Part shown: one piece after another, positions 38,459-51,097 of the stretch
Layout of the letters: each line of letters begins with the position of its first letter
Position numbering within the stretch: position 1 is the first letter of the stretch
Source: Octopus bimaculoides
Lineage: Eukaryota
Length of the DNA: 64,000 bases
Assembly (NCBI RefSeq): GCF_001194135.2
Contig: NC_068986.1
Span: 12,696,729-12,760,728, forward strand
Reading direction: 5' to 3'
Notes under the pieces: model-generated
Told to the model about the DNA's origin: nothing
The model's database searches: none
Seen by the model: the letters and a program-made list of their open reading frames with translations, nothing else
Translations under genes and position numbers: made by a program

Positions 38459-39733
38459 TTAAGTTGTCCGGAAAGTTCTGAGCGTTTTTAAGCTAAATAT
38501 TTTAACGCCTCATTGAACACACCTGAAACGTAACATAGTTAAAATCTCGGCATTGCTTGAAGTGGTAGTTCATCTCTCCTTTGTTCCTAACTAAAAATAG
38601 ATTCATCTTTCATTCCGGTTACCCTTTATTGACATTTGAAATGGATCAGCAAAAATATCATATTCGCATTTAAAAAAAAAAAGGAGAAAATGCTGCAAAG
38701 ACTTACAAAAACATTTGGGAAGATTTTGGTGATGACGCGGTAGCTGAATCAAATGTTCAAAGGTGGTTTGAAAAATTTCAAGCTGGAGAGTTTAGCTTGG
38801 AAGATGACAGTCGCAGTGGAAGACCTTCAAAATTGGATAAAGAAATTTTGAAAGCAAAAGTTGAAGGAAACTCAAATATCACGACTAGAGAACTTGCAGA
38901 GGAGCTGGAAGTTTCTAAATTACGGCCCATGAACACCTAGTAAAGCTAGGATACATTTCTCGCTATATTGTATGGGTCCCTCACAAAATCTCAGAAAAGA
39001 ACTGCTTGGACCGGTGTTCCGTTTGTGATATGCTTTTGAAATGGAATGAAAGCATACCCTTTTTGAAGCAACTTGTGAGTGGAGATGAAAAATGGATTAT
39101 GTACGAAAAAGTAGTGCGAAAAAGATCCTGGAGTTTGCGTAAGGAACTCCCCCACTCCAAACGGCAACGAAAGACGAATATCCATGCCCAAAAAGTTGTG
39201 CTTTGTGTTTGGTGCGATCATAAGGACATTATTTATTATGAGCTTCTCCACAAAACCAGATCATTAACTCTGATGTGTACTGTCGTCAGCTGACTAATTT
39301 GAACCAAAAAATATCAAAGAAATGAGGCCGGAGATTGCCAACAGGAAAGGGTTAGTGTTCCAAGAAGACAATGCCCACACACATGTATCTTTCGCTACCC
39401 AAAGTTACATGGACTTGGCAGGGTTTTCTTATTCCATCCACAATGTTCTCCTGATACAGCGCCATCCGATTGCCACTGGTTTTTGTCTCTACAGAACTCA
39501 TTGCAATGAAAAACATTTAACGATTTAGATAGAGTCAAAATGCATCTGGATAACTTTTTTTTTCAAAACCAGTCAAATATTACGTTGATAGAATATTTAA
39601 ATTGCCTGATAGATGAGCAAAAGTCATTAATAATAATAGAAAGTATTTCATTAAATAAAATTTATGAAAAGGTCAATTATTTATATCCCTTTTTGCATAT
39701 TCAAAAACGCTCAGAACTTTCCGGACAACCAAA
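38459..39733 (+). mobile_element. Full-length mariner (1275 bp) with decayed transposase
   Basis: 31-bp TIRs ttaagttgtccggaaagttctgagcgttttt / tttggttgtccggaaagttctgagcgttttt (29/31), TA on both sides. ATG at 38641. Motifs RWFEKF..GEFSLED..RSGRP, WVPHKI, GDEKW, SPDTAPSD. Several frameshifts and stops. Confidence 0.95.
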
Positions 39734-39843
39734 TAGTTAGCACATGTGTGATAATGTTCACTTTTGATTATTTTTTCGTATATTATCTGCGTTATATACA
39801 TGATATGCATATGCAATCGTACACACATGCACATGTAAACATG

Positions 39844-39886
<43 letters not shown>

Positions 39887-40024
39887 CTGTGTATGTATGT
39901 ATGTATATATATGTATGTGTATATGTGCGTAAATATATATATGTGTGCGTGTGTGTGTTGTGTGTATGTGTATACAAATACACATTCCCTGTTCATATTT
40001 AAATATATGGATACACACGCGCAC

Positions 40025-40360
40025 GCACATCGGCGTGGATGTGAGGTAAGAAGCTTGCTTCCCAACCAAATGGTTCCGAGTTCAGTCCCAATCTCAAGTC
40101 GACCAGACATGTGTGTAGATTTGGTTGGCGGAAACTGAAAGAAGTATATCGTATACATATGTAGATCTATGTATGTGTGTGTTTGTGTCTGTGCTTGTCC
40201 CCTTCCACAACGGGTGTTGACAACCGGTGTTGGTTTGTTTAGAATAAGTAGCATGCTTTAAAAATGTAATGGGGGTCGATTCGTTCGGCAAAAAAAGTTT
40301 CAAGCTTTTTCCCCAGCATGGTCGCAGTCTAATGACTGAAGCATGCAAAAAATAAAAGGA
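40025..40360 (+). mobile_element. Family B SINE
   Basis: Family B head and tail. Confidence 0.75.
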
Positions 40361-41479
40361 TAAAATTAGTTTGCTTTCGCTGTAACTAGCATCAGACACA
40401 AGTGCATAATATTCCTTTGCTGCACATTATGTGATATGCATATTTTGCACAATTTACACATTTTGCACATAACTCAGATAATACCTGATCAAAAGAAACA
40501 CAAATGAAAATTATCAGGCATTCACTGACTACTACTTACGCCTGACAAATTCAAACATTCTTCTTACCACCCAGGCCCGCCAGACACACCTAGATCTTAT
40601 CCATGACACCTACAGATATGATAACAAACAACTGAAAATAATTATTAGTTGCCTCCGGTTCGAGCACACCCTAATTTTGACGATATTCAAAATTATTATA
40701 ATTTCTCTTATTTACTGTCAAATGCCATGATCGTTTCAACTGATGTTTATTTTCTTGAATAACTTTATTAGGTAAGGAAGGGCGGACCCCGTGGCCCTTT
40801 TTCTTGTCTTTTTTGATTGGTTGTGAGAATGCCAGATAATCCAGTCCTCCGCAGACTAAATATAAGCCAGAACTGATTCCTCGTAACGGAGCAGGTTCTA
40901 GTAAAGGCTGTCTATTTCTTGTTGGCGTCTCAACATCTAGTGATGTTTTGTTTCACCTGTGAAAAGAAACAATCCATCCGACAGGCTTCCATATAGTTTC
41001 TGTCCAACGGAAACTGAAAGAAGCCTATCGCATGTATACTTTTCTCGCTGTATTGCGTGTTCGTTTCCTTTTTGCATCTGTTATTCTATTATTGATCTTC
41101 TATAAAAATGGAGCTATTTGCTGCTTTTTCTTTACAATGAGAAGAAACATTGCAGAACTGTTATTTGAATGAGTTATATCTATTTATCATCAGAAGAGAT
41201 ACATCTACACCGTTGGATGCTCCTGAACCAGTTGTTAAGTATCCCACCCGTGAGAGATCGATGCTAGATGTACTGAAACAATTGTAGTGATTTTGATGAA
41301 TTCTTGTATATTCCATCTTCCGTTTTTATTTTACCATACATGTATGTGCGTGTGTTTGTGTGTGTGTGAGCGTGTGTGTGTGTGTGTGTGTGTGTGAGCG
41401 TGTGTGTGTGTGAGTGTGTGTGAGTGTGTGTGAGTGTGTGTGCGTATGTGCGCATGGGTGTGTGTGTCTGTGTGTCTGT

Positions 41480-41690
41480 GTCTATGCTTTATCCTCAACT
41501 ACGGCTTGACAACTGGCATTGCTGTTTGCGTCGCCGCAACTTAGTGGTTCGGCAAAAGAGAACGATAGAATAAGTACAAGGCTTCAAAATATCATAAAGT
41601 ACTGGGATCGATTCATTCGACTGAAAATTCTTCAAGGTGGTGCCCCAGCATGATCGCAGCCTAATAACTGAAACTAGTAAAAAATAAGTA
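41480..41690 (+). mobile_element. Family B SINE 3' half
   Basis: Family B tail. Confidence 0.75.
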
Positions 41691-42384
41691 ATGAAATGAA
41701 AAAGACATTTCGTTTGCATTTAAGGTTTTTTCGATTAATTTTTTTTTTTAATACAGTTTGCGGTAAATTGATTGACCACCAGGGGTGAAAGAATCCGAAA
41801 TGTTTGACACTTAACCACTTTTTTTATTTTATTTTATTTGTGAAAGAGAACATATTGGGGCGATGTCTTTTTGAACGCAAGATTTGCGAACGAAAAAAGA
41901 AGAAAGTAGGGGTATGAGAGAGATGTGGGAAGAGATGGGGAAAAGCAATTGAGAAGTGGTGTGAGTAGTGAGTGATATGAACGAAGGGCGAGGAAGTAAA
42001 CATTGAGAACAAAGTGGTCGAAAGGGTAAAGTACGGATGGCGATGTAAAGTAAAGATGAATGGAGAAAGTGGTGCTTAGACATTAACAGCCAAGGACTTG
42101 CTAACAGTTACACGAAAGGGAGAAATGGGATGAAGAGGATGCGGATCGGAATTGAGATCCATACGGAGTGGTCGAGATGTGTGGTTAGTATCTAAACTAA
42201 GGAGCCAGTGGGGTTGGATGGCCAGAAAAGGTTAATAGTATTGTGAAGGGAAATGTGGAAGAGAGCAGTTTGCTTTAACTATACTCCAAGAGTCTGTACT
42301 TTTAGAAGAAGGAAGTCTTCGATGTGACGTTCGAATCCTTGTGCAGAACTGACAATGATTTTAAATGCATGTTCCTTATTTCTT

Positions 42385-42609
42385 TATTGCCCACAAGGGG
42401 ATAAACATAGAGGGGACAACGAAGGACAGACAAAGGTATTAAGTCGATTATATCGACCCCAGTACTCAAGTGGTACTTAATTTATCGACCCCGAAAGGAT
42501 GAAAGACAAAGTCGACCTCGGCGGAATTTGAACTCAGAACGTAACGGCAGGCGAAATACCGCTAAGCATTTCGCCCGGTGTGCTAATGTTTCTGCCAGCT
42601 CGCCGCCTT
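42385..42609 (-). mobile_element. Family A SINE, young full-length copy
   Basis: Very close to the family A core through the head gccagctcgccgcctt. Confidence 0.9.
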
Positions 42610-42896
42610 TTAAATGCATGTTTCTAATAAGCTTTGAAACGGAAATCATTTGATTTGTTTTGGGCACTGGTTTAATTTGGAAGAAGGAACTGAGAACATT
42701 TCCTTCGAGAAAACTTCGAGATGGGTGCGGCCAATACGGTTGATATCTCTATATTTTTGCAGTTTCGTTTCGTCTCCATGTCATGTTTATGATACTGTTA
42801 CCGAACAACTGTAGTCTCTCTCTTATGTGAAACAATGTGTTCATCTCATAAGTTTACATCGGTTTGGCTTATAATTAAAGAGATTTATACATATAT

Positions 42897-43052
42897 AAAA
42901 CGAGCTTCTTTCAGTTTCCGTCCACCAAAGCCACTCACAAAACTTTGGCAGGCTCGGGGCTATAGTAGAAGACACTTGCCCAAGGTGTCACGGAATGGGA
43001 CTGAACCCGGAACCATGTGGTCGGAAAACAAACTTCTTACAACACAGTCATG
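42897..43052 (-). mobile_element. Family B SINE 5' half
   Basis: Reverse complement of the family B head. Confidence 0.75.
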
Positions 43053-44330
43053 CATCTCACATTTCCTGGCTTTCTCTTCATCCTCACCTCCTCCTCACTT
43101 TCACTTCACTCTGTCCTTTTCCTTTTTTCTCGCCCCTTTCCTTTTTTCTCGTCCCTCCCTAATTCTTCTATCCCTCTGACTCTACCTCTCTATCTTCTCT
43201 CTCCACGTTACCGGTGTTCGGCCAAGCCTGACCTTTCTTTCTTGGTTCGACTACCATCCGTGCAACATCTATATTTCTCGCTATATTCCACACACGCCAG
43301 CTAAATCTAATTCGTCTTTAGTCGAAAGTCACCTGTTGTTAATGTCCTTTATTTGCATTTGAATTTGTGTACCATTTCTCCGTTTTTTTCGTCCTTGCTT
43401 TCGTATACGTTCGTTGCTTTCTTCCAAGGAATCTATTGCTCTTAGCTTAGTTTTTCTTTGGAGCTGGCCAGATTGGAGCAACCTCACGTATAACCAGCTG
43501 AAATTGCAAAGATAATCTGGAACTCGACTGAAGAAAACTCCGAATGACCGTGCTTTGTTTTCTTTGTATCGCCTGTCTGGATCTTTTGTTCTCCCTTTTT
43601 TGTATCAGCTAACTGTCTGGATGTTTTGCGTTCTTGTCCCATTTTTGGTATTCCTTTATATATATATATATATATATATATNNNNNNNNNNNNNNNNNNN
43701 NNNNNNNNNNNNNNNNNNNNNNNNNNNNNNNNNNNNNNNNNNNNNNNNNNNNNNNNNNNNNNNNNNNNNNNNNNNNNNNNNNNNNNNNNNNNNNNNNNNN
43801 NNNNNNNNNNNNNNNNNNNNNNNNNNNNNNNNNNNNNNNNNNNNNNNNNNNNNNNNNNNNNNNNNNNNNNNNNNNNNNNNNNNNNNNNNNNNNNNNNNNN
43901 NNNNNNNNNNNNNNNNNNNNNNNNNNNNNNNNNNNNNNNNNNNNNNNNNNNNNNNNNNNNNNNNNNNNNNNNNNNNNNNNNNNNNNNNNNNNNNNNNNNN
44001 NNNNNNNNNNNNNNNNNNNNNNNNNNNNNNNNNNNNNNNNNNNNNNNNNNNNNNNNNNNNNNNNNNNNNNNNNNNNNNNNNNNNNNNNNNNNNNNNNNNN
44101 NNNNNNNNNNNNNNNNNNNNNNNNNNNNNNNNNNNNNNNNNNNNNNNNNNNNNNNNNNNNNNNNNNNNNNNNNNNNNNNNNNNNNNNNNNNNNNNNNNNN
44201 NNNNNNNNNNNNNNNNNNNNNNNNNNNNNNNNNNNNNNNNNNNNNNNNNNNNNNNNNNNNNNNNNNNNNNNNNNNNNNNNNNNNNNNNNNNNNNNNNNNN
44301 NNNNNNNNNNNNNNNNNNNNNNNNNNNNNN

Positions 44331-44531
44331 CTACTACTACTACTACTACTACTACTACCACAACCACTACTACTACTGCTACTACTACTACTCCTACTAC
44401 TACTACTAACACTACTACTCCTACTACTACTAACACCACTACTACTGCTGTTGCTGCTGCTACTACTACTACTACTACTACTACTGCTGCTACTGCTGCT
44501 ACCACTACTCCTACTCCTACTACTACTGCTG

Positions 44532-44562
<31 letters not shown>

Positions 44563-44780
44563 AAATAATAATAATAATTATTATTATGATAATAATAACA
44601 ATAATACTGCTGCTGCTGTTGCAGCTACCACCACTAGTACCACTTATACTATCACCGCTGTGCTCACCACTAATACTACGACTATTATCACCACCACCAT
44701 TACTACTACTACTGGTGGTAGTGGTGGTGCTGTTGTAGCTGCTGTTGCTACAGCTGTTATCGGTGCTGCTGCTGCTACCA
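44331..44780. repeat. Degenerate (CTA)n/(CTG)n/(TAA)n trinucleotide repeat
   Basis: Direct reading. Confidence 0.9.
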
Positions 44781-45064
44781 CTTCCAAGACTGGATTTATT
44801 CCTGAAGGAAAGCATGAATATCACATCACACCACCTCTCCACTCCACCCACCCCCCACACCCGTCTCATGAAGACGTATCACAAAAACAGAACATCCATC
44901 ATTGATACGATTAGACAAGGCACCTCGAGACTACGAAGCAAGGTTCACCTCAAAGTACTGCACCCGAACACATACATACACATACGAGCGCTCGCACACA
45001 CACACACACTTACACATACACACGCGCGCGCACGCACACACATACACATACAAACAAACATAGG

Positions 45065-45330
45065 TGAAATACGTGACTGTGTGGTAAGAAGTCTGCTTCC
45101 CAGCAACATGGTTCCGGGTTCAGTTCAACGGCATGGTATTTTAGGCAAGTGTCTTCCACATAACTCCAGGTCAAACAAAGTCTAGTAAATTGATTTGGTA
45201 GACAGACAGAAGACCGTCGCATATATACATAATTTAGCGTTTCTGCAAAAAAGAAGATACAATAAGTACAATCTCAAAAAGAAAAAAACTGGGTCAAGTC
45301 ATTCAGCAAGAAATTCTTCAAGGTGCTGCC
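45065..45330 (+). mobile_element. Family B SINE, degenerate
   Basis: Family B head with shortened tail. Confidence 0.65.
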
Positions 45331-45432
45331 CCACTATGCCCAGTTTAAAGGAGTCTAATGCGGGTCTTGTATGAGCATGTATATGTTAAATAAAATGAGA
45401 CAACAAAGTCAAAGCTGTGTAGAATTTTCAGG

Positions 45433-45637
45433 ACATTTATAAAGAGAAAGTTAGTCTTACAGCTGTTTCTGGGATGTTAGGGATATCCCTTCATCAGAGA
45501 TGATGTGAGGTGGTTAAATAGAGGAAAATAACACTCTACTATTTCCCTCTATTTAACCATCTCATATCGTCTCTGATGAAGGGATATTCCTAATATCCCA
45601 GAAACAGCTGCAAGACTAACTTTCTCTTTATAAATGT
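45433..45637. repeat. 98-bp inverted repeat with 9-nt spacer; each arm carries a hammerhead motif
   Basis: Arms 45433-45530 and 45540-45637: 91/98 Watson-Crick pairs, 5 G-T, 2 A-C. HHR at 45569-45616 (+) and 45454-45501 (-). Confidence 0.95.
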
Positions 45638-45669
45638 GCTTATCACTGAAAAATAAACGTGTTCAAAGT

Positions 45670-45835
45670 TGAAAGCTACCAGAATAAACAAACTTGTAAC
45701 TCGTTGGCAAAAATGTGTTGATTGTAATGGTACTTACTTTGATGCTTAAAATTTCGGTATTGTTGAAATATTTTGTGATGAATTTCATGTTTCGAAACGT
45801 TGCTTACTTTTTTACTCTGATAATTTATAGAGATG
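45670..45835 (+). mobile_element. Mariner 3' fragment
   Basis: INKLVTRWQKCVDCNGTYFDA* is a mariner transposase C-terminus. Confidence 0.75.
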
Positions 45836-45954
45836 AGTATCACGTTATTAACAGTGGAGCCACATTCAAAAACAACATAAATAGTGTAATATAAATGTTT
45901 TCTTTTCATCCATCATCATTATTAATAAAAAACAATAATAATAATAATACATGT

Positions 45955-46635
45955 AGTTCCTCTGCTTCTCTTTCAAACATTCAATTTTAAAAAGAATTGT
46001 TTGATGAAGTGTAGCTCTATTGCTTTTCGGAATTTTGGATAATCTTTTGATCATTTGTAAAAGGGAAAGATTTTGAAATTTCCTTCACCACATATTTCTA
46101 CATGCTTCCTGTTGTCGTATCTGTTGCCTGTCGATTCCTGCGCGTTGGCAGAGGGAATTGGTTGTTTCGCCAATGTAATTTTCCTTGCAGTTGGGGCAAG
46201 TAATACAGTATATGAAATTCTGCGTCTTTCAGTTCATATCCGCATTTATTCTGAACGTGAATACACTCTTGAATTTTAGAGGGGGGGGAAGTTTCTAAGT
46301 ATTTAAAGTTGTTGTTGTTGCATGTTCCACATATGCTATCTCTATATTCTTAAACGGATAATTCTGATTCATCTTCTGATGTGAAAGTTGCTCATGTGAG
46401 GTGTTTTTTGAGATTTTATGGTTGGTGTCTACTGTTTCGTAAGGGGCTTTTATCAATCAGGTCTTTCATTTTGGAGCTTTGTAGAAGCATAGATAGGGTT
46501 GATTTTATGGCGTGAAAGATGTTGGCAACCCCAGGATTATGCGTGTTAATGTAGGAACTCGTGTGTCCATTAATTTTTCCTTTGGTGTCCTTAGGTGTGT
46601 GATGCTCAGATTCACTGCCTTCGTTGCGGACATTT
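45955..46635 (-). mobile_element. Penelope-like element, GIY-YIG endonuclease region, degenerate
   Basis: Minus strand reads INADMN*KTQNFIYCITCPNCKENYIGETTNSLCQR ... HVEICGEGNFKIFPFYK, the PLE GIY-YIG signature, preceded by CGTC and linker motifs. Confidence 0.85.
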
Positions 46636-46636
46636 A

Positions 46637-46674
<38 letters not shown>

Positions 46675-46754
46675 AATATCCATCCATCTATCTATCTATT
46701 CATCTATCTATCTATTCATCTATATATCTATCTATCTATCTATCTATCTATGCG

Positions 46755-47086
46755 GAGACCCCCTTCGGTCATGACTGACCACGGGATTGTACCTAGAAAG
46801 TTCCCTTCCAAGGCGCAAGTCCGGGCAAGGTTCTTCATGGAAGACCAGCAGTCGTCCATGCATACCAGCCTCCCCTCTCCATGCCACCGATGGAATCCAA
46901 GGGAAAGGCAAAGGGGCCGATACAGCTTGGCACCAGTGATGTTGCAACTCATTTCTACAGCTGAATGAACTAGTGCAACGTGAAATAAAGTCTCTTGCTC
47001 AAGAACATAATACGCAGCCCTGTCCCGGATTTGAAATCACAACCTCACGGTCGTGAGCTCGACGCTCTAATCACTGAGCCATGCGC
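46755..47086 (-). mobile_element. tRNA-derived SINE, full length (family D)
   Basis: Reverse complement matches 60407-60736 along its length; head gcgcatggctcagtgattagagcgtcgagctcacgaccgtgaggttgtg. Confidence 0.85.
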
Positions 47087-47184
47087 CTTCACTATCTCTC
47101 TATGTATGTATGTATGTATGTATATATCTATCTATCTATCTCTATATATATATATACATTTATGTACACACACACACACACACA

Positions 47185-47220
<36 letters not shown>

Positions 47221-47679
47221 TGTGTGTCTCAGGTGTGTATGTGTACAAGAGTATTTAGAAATTAGATACGTTTAAAAAGAAGAGAAGAGAAAGAATAAAA
47301 GCTAGTCAATTAGCTAACCCTAACATTGGTGATTTCCAAGAATTATTCCCCCCCCCCCCAAAGTGTTGAATCGGGGGAATATGTCCATATACTGAATATA
47401 TTGACAATAATATTCAAGGAATGGTGACCGAGAATTAGTAAATGTTTGCGAATAGCAAAATCTAGAGGAAAGCCAAAGTAATTACAAACAGATATGCGAT
47501 CTTATCATCGATGTAGATATAAGCGCCATAAAAATGTATGTAACAACTGGGACCAAAATAATGTTCACGCAATTATGATAAATAAATTGCATTTTAGAAT
47601 CTTTTAACTAATGTTAAAACATTAAAGCTGGTTATTAAAGAAAAGAAATAAAACCTGAAAAAAACTAAATTTAAAATAT

Positions 47680-47918
47680 TATATATATATATATAATATA
47701 TATAAAGATAAATATACACACACATATATATATATATTAATATACATGTATATGTAAATATATATATATACTTACATTTATATATATATATACACACATG
47801 TCAATATATATATACCTATATTTATATATATATATATATATACATACACATATATATATGTGTATATATATATATATATGCGCATATGTATATATATATA
47901 CATATGTATATATATGTA

Positions 47919-48008
<90 letters not shown>

Positions 48009-48281
48009 TTTTAGATATGTATTTATATAAATATATATATACATATATATTCATATATATGTATGTAAACACATACATAATGGTGCGCTTTGTTCCTGAA
48101 CTGTAGCATCGTTCCTCACTTTTTTGCTTGTGTAACAGAATAGTGTGTATGCGCATCTGCGTGCATATGCATTGTTGTGTGTGTGCCCGTGTGTTTGTGT
48201 ATATGCGTGTATGCATATATATATGTATATGTATATTCTCTCTCTCACATACACATACACACACACATTTACACACACACG

Positions 48282-48322
<41 letters not shown>
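47680..48322. repeat. Long degenerate (TA)n/(CA)n tract
   Basis: Direct reading. Confidence 0.9.
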
Positions 48323-48816
48323 NNNNNNNNNNNNNNNNNNNNNNNNNNNNNNNNNNNNNNNNNNNNNNNNNNNNNNNNNNNNNNNNNNNNNNNNNNNNNN
48401 NNNNNNNNNNNNNNNNNNNNNNNNNNNNNNNNNNNNNNNNNNNNNNNNNNNNNNNNNNNNNNNNNNNNNNNNNNNNNNNNNNNNNNNNNNNNNNNNNNNN
48501 NNNNNNNNNNNNNNNNNNNNNNNNNNNNNNNNNNNNNNNNNNNNNNNNNNNNNNNNNNNNNNNNNNNNNNNNNNNNNNNNNNNNNNNNNNNNNNNNNNNN
48601 NNNNNNNNNNNNNNNNNNNNNNNNNNNNNNNNNNNNNNNNNNNNNNNNNNNNNNNNNNNNNNNNNNNNNNNNNNNNNNNNNNNNNNNNNNNNNNNNNNNN
48701 NNNNNNNNNNNNNNNNNNNNNNNNNNNNNNNNNNNNNNNNNNNNNNNNNNNNNNNNNNNNNNNNNNNNNNNNNNNNNNNNNNNNNNNNNNNNNNNNNNNN
48801 NNNNNNNNNNNNNNNN

Positions 48817-48897
<81 letters not shown>

Positions 48898-50118
48898 GTG
48901 TTAGTCAGAAGGGAGGTTGTGTGTCCGTTTGTTTCCTAACATTTCACTCTATGTCTTTGCCTTTAATCAAGATAGAAGTATTCCGTTTCATTTATATGAC
49001 CACATACATTCTTCAACCTAACAAAACGCTCATTTTACATGCCATCCACAGGTAGCCATAGTAAGTTGTACCATGGATCTTATTAACAACTTTAAATATA
49101 GAACAGGAAAATTCTGAACATAGGTTGCCAATCGTTAATATACTGCTCCAATATTTGAGTATTTTGAACTTGTAAAAGCTCTTCACTGTCCTGGAGAAAA
49201 TAATGTCGGTTAAAGCAAAAAGGAATTAAGACACCATAGTCAGCTTAAAGCGTTCCCTATTAAACCGACGGGTGCATTTGGAACTCATTAAAACTCTCAG
49301 TACCAGATACCAAGAGAGGCAGCTCTGAAATGAATAGAAGCAAAGCTTCGTTTATTGTAAATATTCAATGTTATTTACTGGTTGTACACACTGACCGGTC
49401 AGGCAGGAACAAACTCGTGAGAAGATGCACGAAGCTTTCAGGAGCGGTAAAACCATTTCAAATATACTTGGGAGATGTTTAACCTGTAAAAACATTTCAC
49501 TACTGTTTGTTGTGAAGAAAATATTCCCGCTTAAGACAAAACCAAATATTTTTCATCCAATAATGACTAAGAGTTATGCTTCAATGTCCCAACCGATATT
49601 TTTTTATGTTACTCTCACGCTTTATGTATAACTTCATCATATGATCAGTTGTGTAGGCTAAAGTTCCTCAGTTTTTAACAAATACTACTATATGCCCTCC
49701 CCTCAACAATGGGGAATAAGTTTTGTCTTCCATGTAGGGCTTCATCGAAATTATCTTTTCAGAACATGTGGGAACCTTCTCCGGTTTTCTTGAAACAGAA
49801 ATATGTTACTTTCTCCTTACTACATCTTGCTTTTTGACTGAATTTAGTCCATGTATTCAAACCTGCCTTTGGCTTGTAATTCTAGTAGCAGAACCGCTTT
49901 AGATATCTTTCTTAATTTTGCACGAGTATGCGCTATTGTTTCGAGTAATCTTATATCTATGTTTGAAGATTTGCATTTAGCAGATATCAAACTATGACTA
50001 TCTCTGCGAATCAGTCTTCCCGGTTCACAGTGTGAAAACGTTTTACAAGCGCACAAACGAAAAATATGTGCATAGACCGTTTACAAGATGAAATCGAATA
50101 TATACATACATACATATA

Positions 50119-50283
50119 GGCGCAAGAGTGGCTGTGTGGTAAGTAGCTTGCTTATCAACCACATGGTTCCGGGTTCAGTCCCACCGCGTGGCACCTTGGG
50201 CAAGTGTCTTCTACTATAGCCTCGGGCCGACCAAAGCCTTGTGAGTGGATTTGGTAGACGGAAACTGAAAGAAGCCCGTCGTA
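50119..50283 (+). mobile_element. Family B SINE 5' half, young copy
   Basis: ggcgcaagagtggctgtgtggtaagtagcttgcttatcaaccacatggttccgggttcagtccc...gaaagaagcccgtcg. Confidence 0.9.
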
Positions 50284-50309
50284 TATATGTATATATATAT
50301 ATATATATA

Positions 50310-50342
<33 letters not shown>

Positions 50343-50819
50343 NNNNNNNNNNNNNNNNNNNNNNNNNNNNNNNNNNNNNNNNNNNNNNNNNNNNNNNNNN
50401 NNNNNNNNNNNNNNNNNNNNNNNNNNNNNNNNNNNNNNNNNNNNNNNNNNNNNNNNNNNNNNNNNNNNNNNNNNNNNNNNNNNNNNNNNNNNNNNNNNNN
50501 NNNNNNNNNNNNNNNNNNNNNNNNNNNNNNNNNNNNNNNNNNNNNNNNNNNNNNNNNNNNNNNNNNNNNNNNNNNNNNNNNNNNNNNNNNNNNNNNNNNN
50601 NNNNNNNNNNNNNNNNNNNNNNNNNNNNNNNNNNNNNNNNNNNNNNNNNNNNNNNNNNNNNNNNNNNNNNNNNNNNNNNNNNNNNNNNNNNNNNNNNNNN
50701 NNNNNNNNNNNNNNNTACATATATATATACATATATATATACATATATATATATATACATAAATATATATGTATTTGTACCCCAGTTTCACTTTGATAAC
50801 ATGTGCTGGTCTCTCACTC

Positions 50820-50853
<34 letters not shown>

Positions 50854-51097
50854 TGTTAGCTTCTACCCAGAATTTAAACTAAGTCAACGGTCCCACTTCT
50901 TGGGATTTTGATTTTGAATATTTGAGGATTTTTTTCCATTAAATATATAATGTATTATTAATATGGTGTTGATATATCTGTTTATTTTATCCATTAAATT
51001 TTTATAATATGTTCTATTCAGAAATATAAATAATTTATATTTATGTGCTTCAAGGCTTCATTATTTATATTAATTATTATTTTTCTTTGTCTTTCAG

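Noticed and set aside
41820-42340. Purine-skewed segment ending in a minus-strand A-rich tail, possibly a LINE 3' end
   Set aside because: No diagnostic protein motif recovered; cannot classify from sequence alone.
44331-44905. Thr-rich mucin-like + strand frame ending in a His/Pro-rich tail
   Set aside because: It derives from a (CTA)n repeat, which is stop-free by composition. It starts in a gap and has no visible splice signals.
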